From NCBI GenBank assembly GCA_964648105.1, contig CAZYMH010000002.1, positions 118,101-182,100 on the forward strand: a stretch of 64,000 nucleotides of DNA, written 5' to 3'. Both the position numbers and the translations under genes were made by a program. Each line of letters opens with the position of its first letter. Within the stretch, counting starts at the first letter, position 1. Under the pieces are notes generated by a model. It was not told the DNA's origin. It was given only the letters and a program-made list of their open reading frames with translations, and made no database searches. Positions 61,687 through 64,000 of the stretch are shown here, one piece after another. This stretch comes from an uncultured Candidatus Saccharibacteria bacterium (GTDB lineage Bacteria; Patescibacteriota; Saccharimonadia; Saccharimonadales; 2-12-FULL-41-12).

Positions 61687-63006
61687 ATGTTCTATAAACA
61701 AAACATCTCATCATACTTATATAAAGTGGCCTTAGGTCTGTTTATATATATGCCATTTCATGTTTTTTTGTCACAATGGTTAAGCACTTACACTGGGTAT
61801 TTAGAGTTTTGGAAGATTTTTAAAGATTTACTAACTTTTTTGTTAGCTGGTTTATTGGTTTTGGCTGTTTATGTGTGGCGACGATCGAACAGGCTGTTTA
61901 ATTATTTGTTTATTTTGATTAGTCTTTATGCGGTTATTCATCTAATAATTGGGTATTTCACGCACCAGCCCGAGACGACTTTTGTATTGGCACTTGTTTA
62001 CAACTTGCGGATTTTTGCCTATTTACTAATTGGCTATAGCTTAGTCTTATTGCTTCCGACTAAAAAAGTGCTTGTATATAGGTTCATGAAATTATTGATT
62101 ATCATTAGTACGATAGTTAGTTTATTGGCGATTATTCAGCGGTTTTTGCCAAGTGATTTTTTGACACATTTTGGATATTCGATCAATCGCGGCGTAAAAC
62201 CTAATTTTTTTATCGATGATAAATCTGATTTGCCACGAGTTTTCTCGACACTACGCGACCCTAATTCATTAGGAGTTTTCTTAATTTTGCCAATCATTTT
62301 TTTGGTTTCAAAATTAAAGCAAGATTATAAAACCGACAAACGAAATTTGTTACTTGGACTTATTATGCTGCATTTTTTGGCATTATTTTTGACTTTTTCG
62401 CGGAGTAGTTTGCTCGGAGTAATTGTGGCTTTCGGGTGTTGGTTTTTGTTAACCAATTTTAAACATATAGGAAACTTAATTACTGCAAAGCTTTTAGTTA
62501 TTTTTGTGTCAATTGTAGTAGTAATCGTCGGGCTAGTTTTTATAAATAAAGACCAATATTTTGTCCAAAATACCGTTTTTCATGCCGACGAAACTACCAA
62601 ACTCGAAGATCCAAATAGTTTAAGAATTAGTCTACTGAAAAAAACCACTAAAGGGATTATTGATCAACCGTTAGGTCATGGTCCTGGGACGGCGGGGTTA
62701 GTGTCAACTAGGTTGCCAAACGGACTACTCACCGAAAATTACTACCTCCAAATTTTGTACGAAGTCGGAGTACTTGGATTTTTGGCGTTTGTAGCAATAT
62801 TATATTTAGTTGTCCAAAACTTATATAAAAACCGCCTCCACGGTAGCCTTAACAATGTTTTACTTGCCAGTTTGTTGGGGGTTGGCGTGACAAGCTTGTT
62901 TTTCCATACATTGTCTAACGAAGCTTTATCAATGAGTATGTTTATGATTATTGGATTGGCTCTGGTCTGTCAAAAAACAGTCTCAAAAGTGCCGCACAAA
63001 CGTTAA
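61687..63006 (+). CDS. O-antigen ligase/polymerase-like (Wzy_C) polytopic membrane protein
   Basis: About 10 or more TM helices with a central loop ...FSRSSLLGVIVAF... typical of O-antigen ligase family proteins. The start is taken at an internal ATG to avoid a divergent overlap. Confidence 0.6.
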   Translation: MFYKQNISSYLYKVALGLFIYMPFHVFLSQWLSTYTGYLEFWKIFKDLLTFLLAGLLVLAVYVWRRSNRLFNYLFILISLYAVIHLIIGYFTHQPETTFVLALVYNLRIFAYLLIGYSLVLLLPTKKVLVYRFMKLLIIISTIVSLLAIIQRFLPSDFLTHFGYSINRGVKPNFFIDDKSDLPRVFSTLRDPNSLGVFLILPIIFLVSKLKQDYKTDKRNLLLGLIMLHFLALFLTFSRSSLLGVIVAFGCWFLLTNFKHIGNLITAKLLVIFVSIVVVIVGLVFINKDQYFVQNTVFHADETTKLEDPNSLRISLLKKTTKGIIDQPLGHGPGTAGLVSTRLPNGLLTENYYLQILYEVGVLGFLAFVAILYLVVQNLYKNRLHGSLNNVLLASLLGVGVTSLFFHTLSNEALSMSMFMIIGLALVCQKTVSKVPHKR

Positions 63007-63967
63007 TTTGGTCATGCCTGATTAAACTTCTATGGCTGGATAAAGGGTCATTTTTATTAACCTCTGAAATTTCCGGTGACAAAAAATTGCCAGAAATTGC
63101 CGTAAAAGTAGCATTTTTAAACTTATCTTTAGAGGTGTTAACTGGCTCTTCGCCGTCTTTTATGTAATTTTGAGTAACTTGGTGGCTAGCTCGGCCAATA
63201 TTATATAAAACTACATCAATTTTAATTTTTGCATAACGTTCTAGCTCCTTGACGTAGTCAACAACATGATAATTTTTTGTCTCGAGTGGCTTGTTTACTA
63301 GGTTGGCGACATAGATTATTTTTGCCTTAGAGTGCTTTAGGGCTTCAACAGTGCCGTTAACCACAAATAATGGAATTAGGGATGTGTAAAGACTACCTGG
63401 AGCAATAATGATGAAGTCAGCCTGTTCAATCGATTTTTTGGCTTTGCGGTTAATATTGACTGGTTGGTCATAGCTAATCTTTGGTTTCATATCAATCGCA
63501 TAATCGGTATTTTCAATCTGGTTTTCGCCAAATATTTTTTGGCCATTTGGGTCGGTGTAAACTAATTTACATTTTTCGAGAGTGATTGGCACGACCCGAC
63601 CATTTATTTGCAAAATATCAGCCGCCACATCGACCGCTGTTTCAAAATTTTTATGTTGAATCTCGAGTGCCGAGAGCAGTAAATTCCCAAAAGAATGCCC
63701 ACCAAATGAGCCATCAGGAAAGCGAAAATTAAACAGTTCTCGCAGATGCCGAGAGTCACTTAAAGCTACTAAGCATTGCCTAATATCACCAGGCGGCAAT
63801 ACGCCATATTCATCGCGAAGTTGCCCAGTCGAGCCGCCATCATCGGCCATACTAACAATCGCCGTTATATCAATCGGCTGGTCCTTTAGAGCCGACAGCA
63901 ACATAAAACTACCAGTCCCACCACCCATAACCACAACCTTCGGCCTACTCACGATCTTTTTTTTCAA
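62948..63967 (-). CDS. YvcK/CofD-like (UPF0052, gluconeogenesis factor family) protein
   Basis: N-terminus VVVMGGGTGSFMLLSALK and DDGGSTGQLRDEYGVLPPGDIRQCL are signature motifs. Confidence 0.85.
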   Translation of the reverse strand: MKKKIVSRPKVVVMGGGTGSFMLLSALKDQPIDITAIVSMADDGGSTGQLRDEYGVLPPGDIRQCLVALSDSRHLRELFNFRFPDGSFGGHSFGNLLLSALEIQHKNFETAVDVAADILQINGRVVPITLEKCKLVYTDPNGQKIFGENQIENTDYAIDMKPKISYDQPVNINRKAKKSIEQADFIIIAPGSLYTSLIPLFVVNGTVEALKHSKAKIIYVANLVNKPLETKNYHVVDYVKELERYAKIKIDVVLYNIGRASHQVTQNYIKDGEEPVNTSKDKFKNATFTAISGNFLSPEISEVNKNDPLSSHRSLIRHDQINVCAALLRLFFDRPEPIQ

Positions 63968-64000
63968 CTATTTCAACCATTTCTTTATAAACCGTTTCTG

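Noticed and set aside
1-64000. CRISPR arrays, rRNA genes, transposase-bearing IS elements
   Set aside because: Inspection of either strand found no regularly spaced direct repeats, no rRNA-like conserved blocks, and no DDE or IS110-type transposase motifs.

Overview
The backbone is an AT-rich, gene-dense bacterial chromosome segment that spans the replication origin (recF-dnaN-dnaA | DnaA-box region | rpmH-rnpA-yidC-jag). It looks like a small-genome CPR/Saccharibacteria-type organism; this is inferred from gene content, and no database search was possible. The backbone carries a Gram-positive-style type IV secretion locus at 35.4-53.7 kb. That locus has eight tandem VirB2-like pilin paralogs, VirB6-like, PrgI/VirB3-like and VirB4 proteins, two very large peptidoglycan hydrolases and an embedded Phd/VapC pair. 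It has no coupling protein or relaxase. Other backbone genes include comFC, hsp20, a DEAD-box helicase, a DnaQ/GIY-YIG fusion, Nudix genes, cell-envelope genes and four tRNAs (three tRNA-Ser isoacceptors and one tRNA-Arg). Two integrated elements interrupt the backbone. Each ends on its right side with a large serine recombinase gene whose reading frame runs, antisense, into the 3' end of a tRNA gene. Element 1 (2985-19707, about 16.7 kb) is conspicuously GC-rich with actinobacterial-style gene organisation and sits exactly at the CCA end of tRNA-Ser(UGA). It encodes a T4 coupling protein, a replication-relaxation protein, an XRE/ImmA switch, a Dcm-REase-Vsr module and several uncharacterised cargo operons. 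Element 2 (about 24139-32963, AT-rich) abuts tRNA-Arg. A roughly 155-nt highly structured, unannotated element with tRNA-Ser-like ends lies next to the element 1 left junction. All protein calls come from motif recognition by eye. Coordinates not anchored to the ORF track may be off by 1-2 nt.
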